Below, piece by piece: positions 38,101 to 48,905 of a DNA stretch of 64,000 nt. Each line of letters opens with the position of its first letter. Within the stretch, counting starts at the first letter, position 1. This stretch comes from Tubiluchus corallicola (Eukaryota > Animalia > Priapulida), in NCBI GenBank assembly GCA_030141605.1, contig JAQGDQ010000011.1, positions 1,112,066 to 1,176,065 of the forward strand, written 5' to 3'. A program made the translations under genes and the position numbers. The notes below the pieces were generated by a model. The model was given only the letters and a program-made list of their open reading frames with translations. It was not told where the DNA came from and made no database searches.

Positions 38101-41100
38101 CTTATCGGGAGACACGGGTGATGCTTGTATCGTTACTCCGTTATGCATAATTGCTGTCTTTGGCTTCCAAAGAGTCAAGACGGTGAACAGTGCAGAAAGT
38201 GATCTGAAACATTTCAATTCATAATTAGGATTCACAAACAAGCTGATGTGAAATATTCTTACTTTAAGGACTTACTTTACTTGTTTACCAAGCTTACTTT
38301 TTAACCTTTAGCCGGTCAAGGAGTTTTTATATTATGATAAAGAACAATCGGGGTAACAAATTACCCCATGAAAGTTTTTTTCTTAATAAATGTTACTAAA
38401 TGGATAGAATGACTAACTGGCAATCGAGGTGCTCCTGGTGGTGCAGCAAGTTGGCATAGATATTTGAGGGCACTAAGGATAAAAAGAGACATTCCACCAT
38501 TGCACTATTATCAACTCTTGTGACAATTCTTCTAATAGGTTAATGATGTTTACTATTTAATATTGAGACATCCACTTTGTCTTCACTTGGTTGATCTTCT
38601 AACATTTCATCTTCATCAGCTTTAAGCTTAGCCACCTGTACGGCAAAAGTTCCAGCCATATTACTAAAAGGAAATGTGAAATTTCCTCAACAGATTATTA
38701 GAAAAATCTCTGCAGAGTTGCAGGCTGCAATTAGAGGTTTGCAGCACTTCTCATTTGTCAAGTTGAACATGTGGTGCTATCAAAAAGAAAAGAATTGCTA
38801 TGCAAACTCCAAAATTTTACATATGTAAAAGATCAAGAGATGTAACAAGTTGTTCCACATTAGGTAGCATGTGGCAGCCATGCTTTGTAAAATAGCTGGA
38901 ATAATACTTTTCAACAAAACTAAAGTATAGTTGCATAACAAATTGAAAAATATTTAATCACTACTAGTTTGGAAATTTTCTTTGTATGTATCAATATAAA
39001 AATGTGAGTAAACATCACCGGTGTAATTTTTTAAAGGCTAAAAGCTAAAAACTATTTAAACTCTTAAGTAAAATCCAGTAATTCTAGCTTTTTCTTAATA
39101 CGAAAAATGTTTGAGTATGTTTCGTAAACACTTTCAAATTGTTGTGTGTGTGTGTGTGAAGGAATATAGACATAGTAGAGATGATCACTTTCTTAAATAT
39201 ATTTTTAAATATATATGCTTTCAGCCAGTGATTCCATGTTTGACATCAAACAAAGGATTACGGTTAATTCCCTATTATTACGATAAACATTAAAACAAGT
39301 CAAAATGCCCTTAGGTCTCAAAAATTCTTTATTTTTTAAACAGATTTAGTCCAAGCGCTTCAATGAATATCATTTCTGTACATTAATATTGAGCTGTGAT
39401 ATCATCATTAAAGTAATATTTGAAGAAATGACTTTTGTTTATGTAATGCTTTATTATTAAATTTTCATCAAAATTGGTTTGAAAAGTGGTTTGAAAAGAT
39501 TTGAAAATCAATCGAGAGAGTGCATATAAGTGAAATGAAAGAAGGTGCAAAAGACGAAGAAAAAATAAAGAATTTTTTGAGACCTAAAGTGTATTTTGAC
39601 CTCTTTTGGCATTTGTGACCATGGTGAATATCAGAAGAGTACTGTCTTATTTTCAAGTTATTATTGATATTTGAAGCCCAGTTTCAGCAAGGCATACAAG
39701 TTATAACATTTGTAGTAAACACAGCCCACAAACTTCTCTGCTCGTATTCCCGTTTATTTGAAAATAGGAATTATTTTTCCATGATGTATTGCCTGGCACA
39801 GACCAAGCGAAGACTTCCTCATTTTTCGCGTTTGTTTCCTAAAGTGGATTATTCAATCTGATTTCATTTATACAGCTTCTCAATTGATTTTCAAGTCTCC
39901 CAACCATTTTTCTCTAAAAAGATTTGATAAATATTTAATAATTGCATTTCATTAACAAAAGTCATTTATTCAATTATTACGATATCAGAGCTCAGTATTA
40001 TTGACATTCAGTGAAGCGCTTGAATTAAGTCTGTTTCAGTAACCAAGTTTTCATAAAAGAAGAAGCCTCATTAAGTTTCTATGGACCTCAATTTCTGTGA
40101 CAATGCCGAAAACATGTATAATAATAATAACTTACCAAGTTACTTTAAAATCCCGAACACACAAGCGAGCTTCTCTATGTTTGAATACTGGTCTTACAAC
40201 ATAGCGGGCTCACTTTTATATATAGCTAATGTTTGGCTACATTCAAAGTCTAGTTCCTGTTTATTTAGTGACCATTGTGCTAAATATAGGGCCAAATCCT
40301 GGTTGTGAACATCTGGGGAATTCCAAACAAGTGCCACATATATTAAATTGATTATGATTCTGTTAGTGGGTGCAGTCAAGTGCTGAATATACAATGTGAA
40401 TATATAATGTTATTAAGGTTATAACTGAATCATGCTTGCTAATACTGCCATATATCACACTTGGTGCTAAAAATTATTCAGCCTTGTACTAGTTTTCAAC
40501 ACTGCCTGTCAAAATAACTCAAAACATTTTATTATATAGTTTTTTCTGTTGCTCAGTTCTCAGGCCTATGCTGTAGGCCTAAGATAATATCCACCATTTA
40601 TACTGAAAGAGCAATAATTTTACATTTCCAAAAAAATATGGCAAAGAAATTGTTTTACAAAGTGCTCTAGTAATACAATTATTTCATCACGTGGTTTTTT
40701 CGAATACAATTATTTCATCACGTGGTTTTTATGGATACAATTATTTTATGATGTGGTTTTTGTGAATGTAATTAATTCATCACCTGGTTTTTGTGAATAC
40801 AATTATTTCATTACGTGGTTTTTATGAATACTATTATTTCATCATGTTGTTTTTATGAATACTACTATTTCATCATGTGGTTTTTATGAATATAATTATT
40901 TCGTCAAGTAGTTTTAATGAATACAATTATTTCATCAAGTTGCATTTATGAATACAATTATTTCATCAAGTTATTTTTATGAATACAATTATTTCATCAA
41001 GTTTTTTTTTAGGAATACAATTATTTCATCAACTTGTTTTTATGAATACAATTATTTCATCAAGTGGTTTTTGTGATTAGCTGGCGGCAGAATTTCTACA

Positions 41101-43985
41101 AATAACTAGAACAAATAACATGTAGTTTGATATGTCGAAGCTTTCATATAACTGTACATTGCTATTCTTCTACTACTTCTGACCCTGGCATTAAAGGAAA
41201 GATCAAGTCTTTTAGCACATTGGGTTTATTTTACTACTATTACTTAAACTTAGAAAAATATAACAATGAAATTTGCAAAAAAATGTCTATAAAGTATAAA
41301 GCTAATTTACACTACCACTGTGTAGAAATTTTCTGGTGCAGTGGTAGCTGTCATTCACTTGAAAATTATGATGTAACTGGAAGACTTTGTGACTTCTTGT
41401 AAGCACATCATGGCTTTCTGTAAGTGCGCGCTGCTTAAACTAATTCAAAATCTGCACCTCACTTAATGTTCATGCCAAAATATCACACAAAATTATTTAT
41501 CTAAGTTTTTGTAAAAACTTATTATACTTTTGACAGAAATTGACAGTGTACTGCTTTTCTTCATTGGTGGAAGAATGGGCGTTCAAAATGAAAGTGCTCA
41601 AGCATGAAATGATCGCGACATTAAAATGATTTTACTGGTATCACGAGGCACTTATCACACTTTTATTACTAAATCCTTCTAACATTTTTTGCAAACATTG
41701 TATTAAACTTAACTTCCAGAAAGGCTTAACCTTTCCTTTAAATAGACCTTGACCTGCAGAGTGCAAAATTATTTTAAAAATGTTTGATTTTATAGGGTTT
41801 GCAGACGCGGCTCTAGATCCAATAGACTTTCCGATCGCACCAGCTCATGCAATGCCCAAGGTATTAGAGTACACGGGCGTGAAGAAAGAAGACGTTGACA
41901 TGTGGGAGATAAATGAAGCATTCAGTGTGGTCGTTATTGCAAATCAAAGGTTAATGGATATTGACCCAGCAAAAATTAACATCAATGGTGGTGCTGTTAG
42001 TCTAGGACATCCAATTGGGTAAGCTAGAGTCTCCTGCAATGCATGGATTATGAATTTAGTCTATACTAAACAGTTTTGTACTTGCTGGCCTGCCTATAAA
42101 ACAGGATTATATTATATAATATTTCAGCTTTTCAATAGGGATCCAGCCCTTGAAAAAATGGCCACTAGGTGGCAACATATGACTGTTGCTATACAGTTTG
42201 TCTTATGTAATATAAAGGAGGGACTTGCCATGGGAAATTCATAACTTTGAAATTCAAGATGGCTGCCGACTATTCAAGCGTCTATGTACTTGCCTCCAGT
42301 TAAGTGGAATTAATCATTCAGGTACAAAGGAAAGTGGGGTTATAGCATCAGTTAGTTTCCATAAATGAGTGAAGCTTAGTGAAGGTTGTTGGTTAAACTG
42401 TATAATCCTATTCTACCAGCCAGCCAAACCTCGCAAAGGAACTTGTATATGCAGTATCAAATGCTGTCAAAAACTCAACATTATACAATTATAACTTTCT
42501 CTGTAACACAATAGAAGGTGATGACACAGTGGGTGATGACAGTGCCTGGAACAGCCAGATAATTTCTAAAAGCCAAAGGAAATGAGTGTTCCAAACAGCA
42601 CAAAGTTCTGGGAAGAGGGCTGAAAAAGAACTTCGAAATATGCCATTCCCATTTCATTCAGTTGACATGTTAAATGAAACATTCCCACCTTATAAACCTT
42701 CCCTTTCTCCTTTTAAGGCTGTATTGTGTAAAATTCAGGTGGATGAGTTCCGGAAAAGCCATTTGCTGGAAGCCATGGTTGAAGCCATAAATTGTGCACA
42801 TTTTTGCATCCCTGAGTCCCACTTTTTCAGCATGATGGGATAAAGTTTTCTCAGAATCACCCTGAGATTGATTTACGTACTGCACCAGAATGCCTCTTCT
42901 ATGCATTGGTCTAGGAAAGTTGCTCATAATACGAAACAGTCGTTAAGCATTCAGCTCCAATATTAAGACATGCAAAGATTATGAAAGATACAGAATACTA
43001 CAGGTTTTCACCATAATAGAGAATAACGCCACTGTTTCTCCCAAAATTATCAATCTGCTAAGCCACATGACATCCTACACACACCTTTAAGTAACAACAT
43101 TAGCTTTTTTCTAGACCGTACTAGTGTACGTAGTAACTAAGTCAGTTACGATGATCTCTGACTAGGCAATTTTGTTGTATTTTGAAAACTTTTGTTAATT
43201 ACTTATGTCAGATTAGTAATTAATAATTAACAGTCATTAAACTCTAGAAGAATTTTACTCCCGCTTACGCTTGCACCCGGAAACTCTGTCGCCTCCTTCG
43301 CTACGCTCTGTGGGTCTCCCCCAAAATGTAACTATGTCTACTGCACCCATTGAACAGGCTATCCAGCCATTATTGGCACAAGACACGGTGCCTTCCTAAC
43401 TTCTTAAACTAAGGACTACAAGTTTTGAGAAAAAACGGGCCATGAAATGGCAATATTTGAAGGTTTTCACTTCCCGCTTTTCCCAGTAGCCCTGATTAAA
43501 AAAATAAACCATCAATAGAACTATACTAGATTGAAACTTTTCATTTGTTATATAAATTGCCCAAAATGATACAGTTGTTGAAACTGTCACTGTGGTAGTT
43601 ACATGTACTCAGCAAATGATGATGTAGGGTAGTGTTTGGGGGACTTGAGCAAAGGGATGAACTTGCCTCGCTTATTAGTTGGTAGTTGGTTTATGGGACT
43701 TGTTAGGTAGCACTAACAAGTACTATAACTACACATCTGAATGATTAATTTCACTCAATTAGAAGCAAGAATATAGAAGCTTGAACTGTCGTCAGCCATC
43801 TTGAATTTTGAACTTACAATTGCAGTCTACCCATCCTATGCTCTAAAATGTTATATCCACTTGTAGTATAAAAATTAACACGAATTTCTCATGGGACAAG
43901 AAAATGCTGCATAAGCCACTACACTAATAATTACTATTTAGTGGACTTTGGATTTTGGTGGTTGTCAGCCAACATCTAAAAGCAT

Positions 43986-44041
<56 letters not shown>

Positions 44042-44291
44042 GGGAGGCTGTGTGAAAGTGCAATATTATTATGACATTGAGTTAATTAACCATGGATATG
44101 ATTGAGTAACTCCTTTTTCTCAAAATTAGTTCTTGATTGTTGTACTGAAAAAAATCGATTACTTTTACAGGATGTCAGGAGCTCGATTAGTTTGTCACCT
44201 GCTGCATCAGTTGAAAGCCGGACAGAAGGGAATGGCTGGAATCTGTAACGGAGGAGGCGGAGCTGCTGCCATGCTTATTGAAAAATTATGA
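26112..44291 (+). CDS. ACAT1: Acetyl-CoA acetyltransferase, mitochondrial (thiolase T2), about 419 aa; coding exons 26112-26153, 27609-27659, 28777-28894, 30105-30301, 31658-31801, 33019-33215, 33908-34074, 41796-42018, 44171-44291
   Basis: Thiolase motifs [24 protein letters not shown] (catalytic Cys), [35 protein letters not shown] and the T2-type CNGGGGA. Exon phases are consistent (sum 1260 nt). The first two exons ([14 protein letters not shown] / [17 protein letters not shown]) resemble a mitochondrial transit peptide and are less certain. Confidence 0.95.
26280..26880 (+). mobile_element. Degenerate L2/CR1-group LINE 3' end in ACAT1 intron 1
   Basis: Frameshifted remnants of the C-terminal FS..GP..WN..IK pattern, then AATAAA followed by an (ATTG)n tail at 26851-26880. 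Confidence 0.45.
26940..27400 (-). mobile_element. Degenerate CR1-like LINE 3' fragment
   Basis: The minus strand holds frameshifted remnants resembling [25 protein letters not shown], the CR1 C-terminal pattern. Confidence 0.5.
32143..32759. mobile_element. Kolobok-like non-autonomous DNA transposon (uninterrupted copy)
   Basis: TTAA on both flanks; termini aggaaaa / ttttcct; second copy at 17476-18832. Confidence 0.7.
33225..33665 (-). repeat. Inverted copy of the 529-bp unit found at 35041-36154
   Basis: Reverse complement of ctacagctacagtaatactggttaattaatatacc..ggtgtgccgtacgattaccatgcctttcga..aactttccatac. Confidence 0.85.
33648..33810. repeat. (TGTAGC)n / (TGY)n low-complexity tract
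   Basis: Direct reading. Confidence 0.8.
34183..34460. repeat. Inverted pair of Penelope-like termini with hammerhead-like cores
   Basis: Inverted arms of about 90 bp (aactgcagcctgcagtcatcatcagtgatagattacacaaacaa / ttgtttgtgtaatctatcactgaagatgactgcaaggtgcagtt). Confidence 0.6.
35041..36154 (+). repeat. Near-perfect tandem duplication, period 529 bp, about 2.1 copies
   Basis: ttattgttaatgccagtcctgtatgcaatgacagca recurs at 35041, 35570 and 36099. Confidence 0.92.
36433..36438 (-). terminator. Candidate polyadenylation signal of the nested gene
   Basis: AATAAA on the minus strand about 380 nt after the stop codon; the AT-rich context makes a chance match possible. Confidence 0.3.
36820..38148 (-). 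CDS. Intronless DUF4419-like protein (442 aa from the first ATG), nested antisense in ACAT1 intron 7
   Basis: Uninterrupted ORF; the track start at 38241 is TTG and the first ATG is at 38148. Motifs recalled as DUF4419 hallmarks: [77 protein letters not shown]. Confidence 0.85.
   Translation of the reverse strand: MHNGVTIQASPVSPDKFIKRTDDTQVRNRLLFRAFNGHDSPKLRDIEQMHVDYDCKAFKPIPEGGYAIAQNPLIKMCFIGFAKHKPIAFTPDLLWHYIRKAVTIHVNKHSEELRDVFVKHEGKIALSVRRDDFVVGQDNNWPGVIREFRQLIEANLKESAQPVIRERFTTTTETLNDISCISLMDVVQAYIDLKVYSMCGIPSVTLLGELNDWIKLKEAAENLLNMFQGMPNGTDLEWWKTGLTTVLKKLILCYQNPKDPSLEDWMARIFKYNREDESGGVNYVTGWVNVFFPYIQKEERNPFAHIPPYIQKEERNPFAHISSYPKLERHLEEGMPHHYEPNDTPSMWQDEYLDNHFNKLEMDDFPLWLSQAPFTWQYYNQALKMDFIGGPCCISEQVLEEASAAPLGSLHVHQGWAVAYRQDSPKPKKPSLFPAKINCISL
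38324..38331 (-). promoter_or_regulatory. TATA box candidate for the nested DUF4419-like gene
   Basis: TATAAAAA on the minus strand about 180 bp upstream of ATG 38148. Confidence 0.45.
38385..38660 (-). pseudogene. Possible degenerate hAT transposase C-terminal (dimerisation) remnant
   Basis: Frameshifted minus-strand pieces QWWNVSFYP / LKYL / STSIAS..FS resemble the WW..YP.L..KYL..P.TS..SER.FS pattern. Confidence 0.3.
39296..39603. mobile_element. MITE-like element with TIRs; partial inverted copy at about 39875-40036
   Basis: caagtcaaaatgcccttaggtctcaaaaattc / gaattttttgagacctaaagtgtattttgacctc; about 170 bp of the interior is repeated in reverse complement nearby. Confidence 0.55.
40672..41075. 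repeat. Minisatellite, unit about 31 bp, about 13 copies
   Basis: Unit aatacaattatttcatcacgtggtttttatg; the first units contain CACGTG. Confidence 0.92.
42246..43812. mobile_element. Old DNA-transposon-like segment bounded by inverted repeats in ACAT1 intron 8
   Basis: aaattcaagatggctgccgactattcaagcgtctat versus atagaagcttgaactgtcgtcagccatcttgaattt; no intact ORF. Confidence 0.4.
43990..44038. repeat. (GA)n microsatellite
   Basis: Direct reading. Confidence 0.95.
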
Positions 44292-46022
44292 GAGCACCAA
44301 AAGGGATGGTGGAAACTTATAATTAAGTGGCAGGCGGAACTCCTGCGATGCAAAATGTCATTATTGAATGCAAAATGTCATTGTTATTTTCAATCAAATG
44401 TAGCATTTTTATTGTCGAATTAGAAGTTTAGCTTCACTGATGCCTGCCGAGTCCAACGGAGAAGTTCTAATTGTGGTTTTGATTCCTTTGTATTTAATCA
44501 AACTACAGTCACTAAGAAACGTTTAAGATCACTAATTCCCCAAGCAGTCAGTAGGGACTAATACCTAACTTTAACTGTTCTTAAATGGTCTATGGTCAAA
44601 CTAAAAGTCAGTAGGCATGATTGGTTCGTTTTTGAACATTAGGATTTCTGGTGACAGCACATCCGGTGACGTTGTCAGCTCTTTACTATGACATCATCAA
44701 CACCATATCTCAGAATCACATTTTACAGGGAAAAGCATGTTCTCTTATAATAAATTAGATGATTCATATATAAATCACATATTGTTAATTAACACCTCTC
44801 AAAGAGATTTTTCAGTCAACAAATACGTGTTATTATCAGAACGAAATAGCATAAAATAACAGCGTAAAATGGGTAAAATTTTATCCTACTTTGACTCGAC
44901 TTTGATGACATCATAATGAATGACGTCATTGAATGTGACATCACCAGACGTCCAAATTTACGATCATGGGCTAATCATGCCAACCATGTCTACTGCCATC
45001 AAAATCAGCTAGGATGGGTAGCAGTCGCAACCGACAGTCTGGGAAATTGGTTGTGTTATAATTTAGTTAATGACTGTAATAAGGTGACCACTGATCTAGG
45101 TCTTATCCATTCCTGGTAGTGAGTGTATCCATTCCTAGTAAACGACTCGCTAAGGTTTTTATTCCAGATCTGTTAGCCTATATGCATAGTTGTACAACAA
45201 ATTAGGATATTTTGTGTAACCTGCATATGAGTTTGTTTTCCAAATTTTTTCCTTCTATTGATTAGTTGTACTCTTGTAGTTTAAGGTATAAAGCCCAGGA
45301 ATAAAAGAAGGGAAAGAGAGAGACCCGGTGGAAATTTGCCAACTTTAGATCATGTTATTCTTTATTGTTTTTATTACATTGTTACTACAATGTTCAATTT
45401 TAGTAGTACAGATTTAAGAGTAATACAGGGATAGAACTGTAGGACTTTAATTTAGTCTGCAATAGTCACTACCTGCAGTGCAATTGCTGTTAGTAGAATA
45501 AATGTTGTTGACATTTTATTTTGTTCATAAATTTATAAAGCATTGTAAGTGTAGAGGTGTGTGGTGCAAGTTGTACTAGTGTGTTAAGTTGTGACATTGA
45601 TCATACTTCAATGTGTACATAAACCTTGTTTCTATACTGGTAAATAGACTTTATAAAGCAATGTTGTTATGGTCAATAAAATGTTATATTGATAATTTGT
45701 ACGCACTTGGTACTGTATTTCATTGCAGTGAATTTGATGAAAATACACAAGTCAAGTAAAATACACAAGAACGTATACACAAAAATTGTTTTACGTTCTT
45801 ATGTTCTGAATTCATGTTAAAAGCTTTTCTCTCTAGACCATTAGACTACACAGTCTCTTGTAATAGACATTCTTTATTTCCGTATCTTGCATAACTAGCT
45901 GCAAAAAAGAAAAAAAAATTGCGTGAATTGAAACTCTGACAAACGTACACCGTACGATAATTTTTCTTTATAGCTGAGCTGTGATGAAAACTCCTTATAC
46001 AGCTATGTACGTGCAATCGATT

Positions 46023-46139
46023 TGGCGCCATCTGTTCACAGGAAAGAGAAGTTTTTCTAAAGTAGTGATTAGTGACAGAGATTTATTAAACTGTCCCTAC
46101 TTTAGAAAGACTTCTTTTTCTTGTGAATAGATGGTGCCA
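46023..46139 (+). other. 43-bp stem hairpin (small MITE or structured RNA)
   Basis: 46023-46065 pairs with 46097-46139: 38 Watson-Crick and 5 G-U pairs, no mismatches on the plus strand. Confidence 0.6.
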
Positions 46140-46271
46140 TGCTGCTCCCTACTTTTCAACAGTACGTTTTTGTTATTTAAATTTTCAATAGTTAAGAGCT
46201 CTCAGAGTTGATTTATTCACTAGCTAGTAGAAATTAAACTAACCAGGATTAGGTCTACTTTCCATACTTAA

Positions 46272-46716
46272 AGGGGAAGAAAGGGAAATTCGAAGTACTG
46301 TATATCGAAAGAACTTTCCATACAAAGTTATACTACTTAGCAGTACGCTTACCTGTTTGAAAAGCTTATGTAATTCGAAAAAAATTCTTAATAATTTAAA
46401 ATATTATGGTAAAACGGCCCTGCATTGCTATCCCCGTGTACACCACTAACTCGCCAAAAAATGCATTATTAATCTCATTGACAATATGAAGTAATTTATA
46501 CTTTTGCTTAGTTAGAGAACAGCATGCTACGAATACACTGATTGTTTTTCAAACTTTATGTTATCTAAACGGTCATTGCGGGAGTTTCAATTTTACAACT
46601 TTTATACAATGTTAATGCTAATGCAAGCTTTGTATGCACTAAGACAGCATGTAATTGATATAAAATTTCAAGACTAATTTTAAGCTTTGTTTGTGAAGAG
46701 TGTTTCTTGTGTTTTA
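46272..46716 (+). mobile_element. Second Kolobok-like repeat family; related pieces at about 34745-35040, inside the 529-bp unit, and about 62900-63250
   Basis: Begins ttaa|aggggaagaaagggaaatt; shared core aactttccatacaaagttata..ttttgcttagttag..caaacttta. Confidence 0.6.
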
Positions 46717-48756
46717 ACTGAACACCACGCTTTGCAATACAATCAAAACTTGAGACTGAAAGATCGAAAAATCAAATTAACCCGGTGATACAGATCTGTA
46801 GCTGAAAATCTACATCTTAAGAACCACCATAGTCATAAAACCGGGACAACTTTTAGGAAGTGAGAGGAAACAGTCAGTGTTTATTATCTGACAGGGAAAG
46901 CAGTGAAAGCTACAATGATTTATGGGCTACTTCTGTTATTCCAAGTCCTATATCAACATGCAGGTGTGAGCAGTTAAAATTCTACTTTCAATTTTGACAC
47001 ATCTAATCCACTGCCGCAGTTCTGTGAATGATGGATTGGTAGTGCGGGTAATTATTTTCACATAATTGATGGTTTTTTAAAAGTTTGCATATGCGCTGCT
47101 GGTAAAATGGGGGCGGGGTGGGTGGGGCTCATGATGTGATGGATTATCTTGAGACAGTGCGGCAATTAAGCTTTTGGCATTTTGAACACATTTCTACTAA
47201 AGAATGCTTGATTTAGTTGTTTACTACTGCAATCTTAATAGCTAGGTTGGTACACAATTCTATCCATTTAACTACCAGAAAAATTATTTCCGTACTTCAT
47301 CTTAACTAACTTAATTACATGTAGCCCTGTACTGTACAGTCCAGGACCACGTTAACTCGTATAATTTTGGAATGACCAGACATTGCTATGGATATTATAT
47401 TATATATAATTGGGCGTAGTATACTGCTGCCATCTATTAACAAACTAGTAGGAATGTTTCATTACAACCACGATAGTTTTTTGTGCATTATTTTAATTAA
47501 TCGAGTTTGTGCAGTACTAACGTTCATGCTCATCGTTTTGTAGGCTTGAGGGTGTTTGAATCAGGGCTTTGAGGCGCGGAGGCGGTTAGAGTGCGCGGAG
47601 AAGAGCTTAAAGTACGCAAATATTGAATTAATAGCTGCATGATGATAGACAAAATGAAATGAGAAGTCCTGGACACAAGTCCAACAGTTTTACACTTAGT
47701 CTTGAAAAAAATTTCGGCGCCTCTACTTTTCTGTATTGTACGTATGTTGCGGTTAGTTTTTCTCTGAACATTATTACAAAAACGCAAAATAATAACAAGG
47801 CAAAATGCTTGCATGAATCATACAATACTTAACACTGAATTTTGTAATTAATATCCATTTCATTCTTATACTTACATGTACATGTATTTGAATAACTGTA
47901 GACGCAGCAATTAAACTGGTGCCCGGTGGTAACGTAACCAATTACTAGGCCCACCACTACAACACTATAATTTTATCGTTTCTTCATGCCTAATTCAATT
48001 TCGCTTATCAAGTAAAGTAATTTGTCATAACGCTATCAAGTGCTTAATAAAATATTTTCAAATCCCAAAATTGCGCAAAGCGTAAAATCAAATACCCGGA
48101 CGAAAATCCCGGCAGAATAATTTCAGCAAAATAAATTACTCTATTACGCGTTCGTGGCGTTAGCGTGATCTGAACGATCGAAATTCGAGACAATGAATTA
48201 ATGCATGGCTGCAGTGTTTAAAGTAGTGTTTCCGTTAAATTTGGACTTTCATGCTCTACAGAGAGCGCTGTAGGTGTAGTTGTGTTCTACTCAACTGGCT
48301 ACAATATCAAGCTTATATTTCTAATTTTACAATTGGGCTGTAGATGGCGCAAGCAAAAATATTTGTTATTCAAGGCAGATTCCTTTTATTTTAGAATTCT
48401 GCGTATCGAATGCTAGTAGCAGACCTAATGAGCGCATAATGATGATGACGACGACGACGATGACGATACTAGTGTAGTATGGTACGCTGATACTGCTTGA
48501 GTCAGTTAAGTGGTTAAAATTATTTACCTGCAACAAAAGGGAAACCTTAAAACAGCTAGCACAGGAAGAGAGACAATTGTCAAATGCGAATCCTTTGGAG
48601 TTGGGCAGCTAAACGTTATGATATTTAAGCGTGAACATATTTAGGTGGGTGTACGTGACTTTGGCTGCGTCGTTGAATGTCAAAGGTCAGATCTGTCGAA
48701 AATTCTGAATGGCTTTTTTATTCTAAGAATTTTAAAATCAGGTGATTGAAATTGAA

Positions 48757-48905
48757 ATGGACATGGAGAAATGGACTGAGGTGGACATGGAGAAATGAAC
48801 TGAAGTGGGCTGAACATTGAGGTGGATGGGGAGAAATGAATTGAGGTGGACTGGACATTGAGGTGGACAGGGAGAAGTGGACTTAGGTGGACAATGAGGT
48901 GGACA
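48757..48905. repeat. Purine-rich degenerate minisatellite
   Basis: Repeated gaggtggac(atggagaaatggact) units. Confidence 0.75.

Noticed and set aside
38149-38241. N-terminal extension of the nested ORF in the track (473 aa)
   Set aside because: It starts at TTG; the first ATG is at 38148. Acceptor-like sites exist nearby, but I found no upstream coding exon.
40672-41075. CRISPR-like regular 31-bp repeats
   Set aside because: Units are head-to-tail with no unique spacers, there are no cas genes, and the context is a eukaryotic intron; it is a minisatellite.
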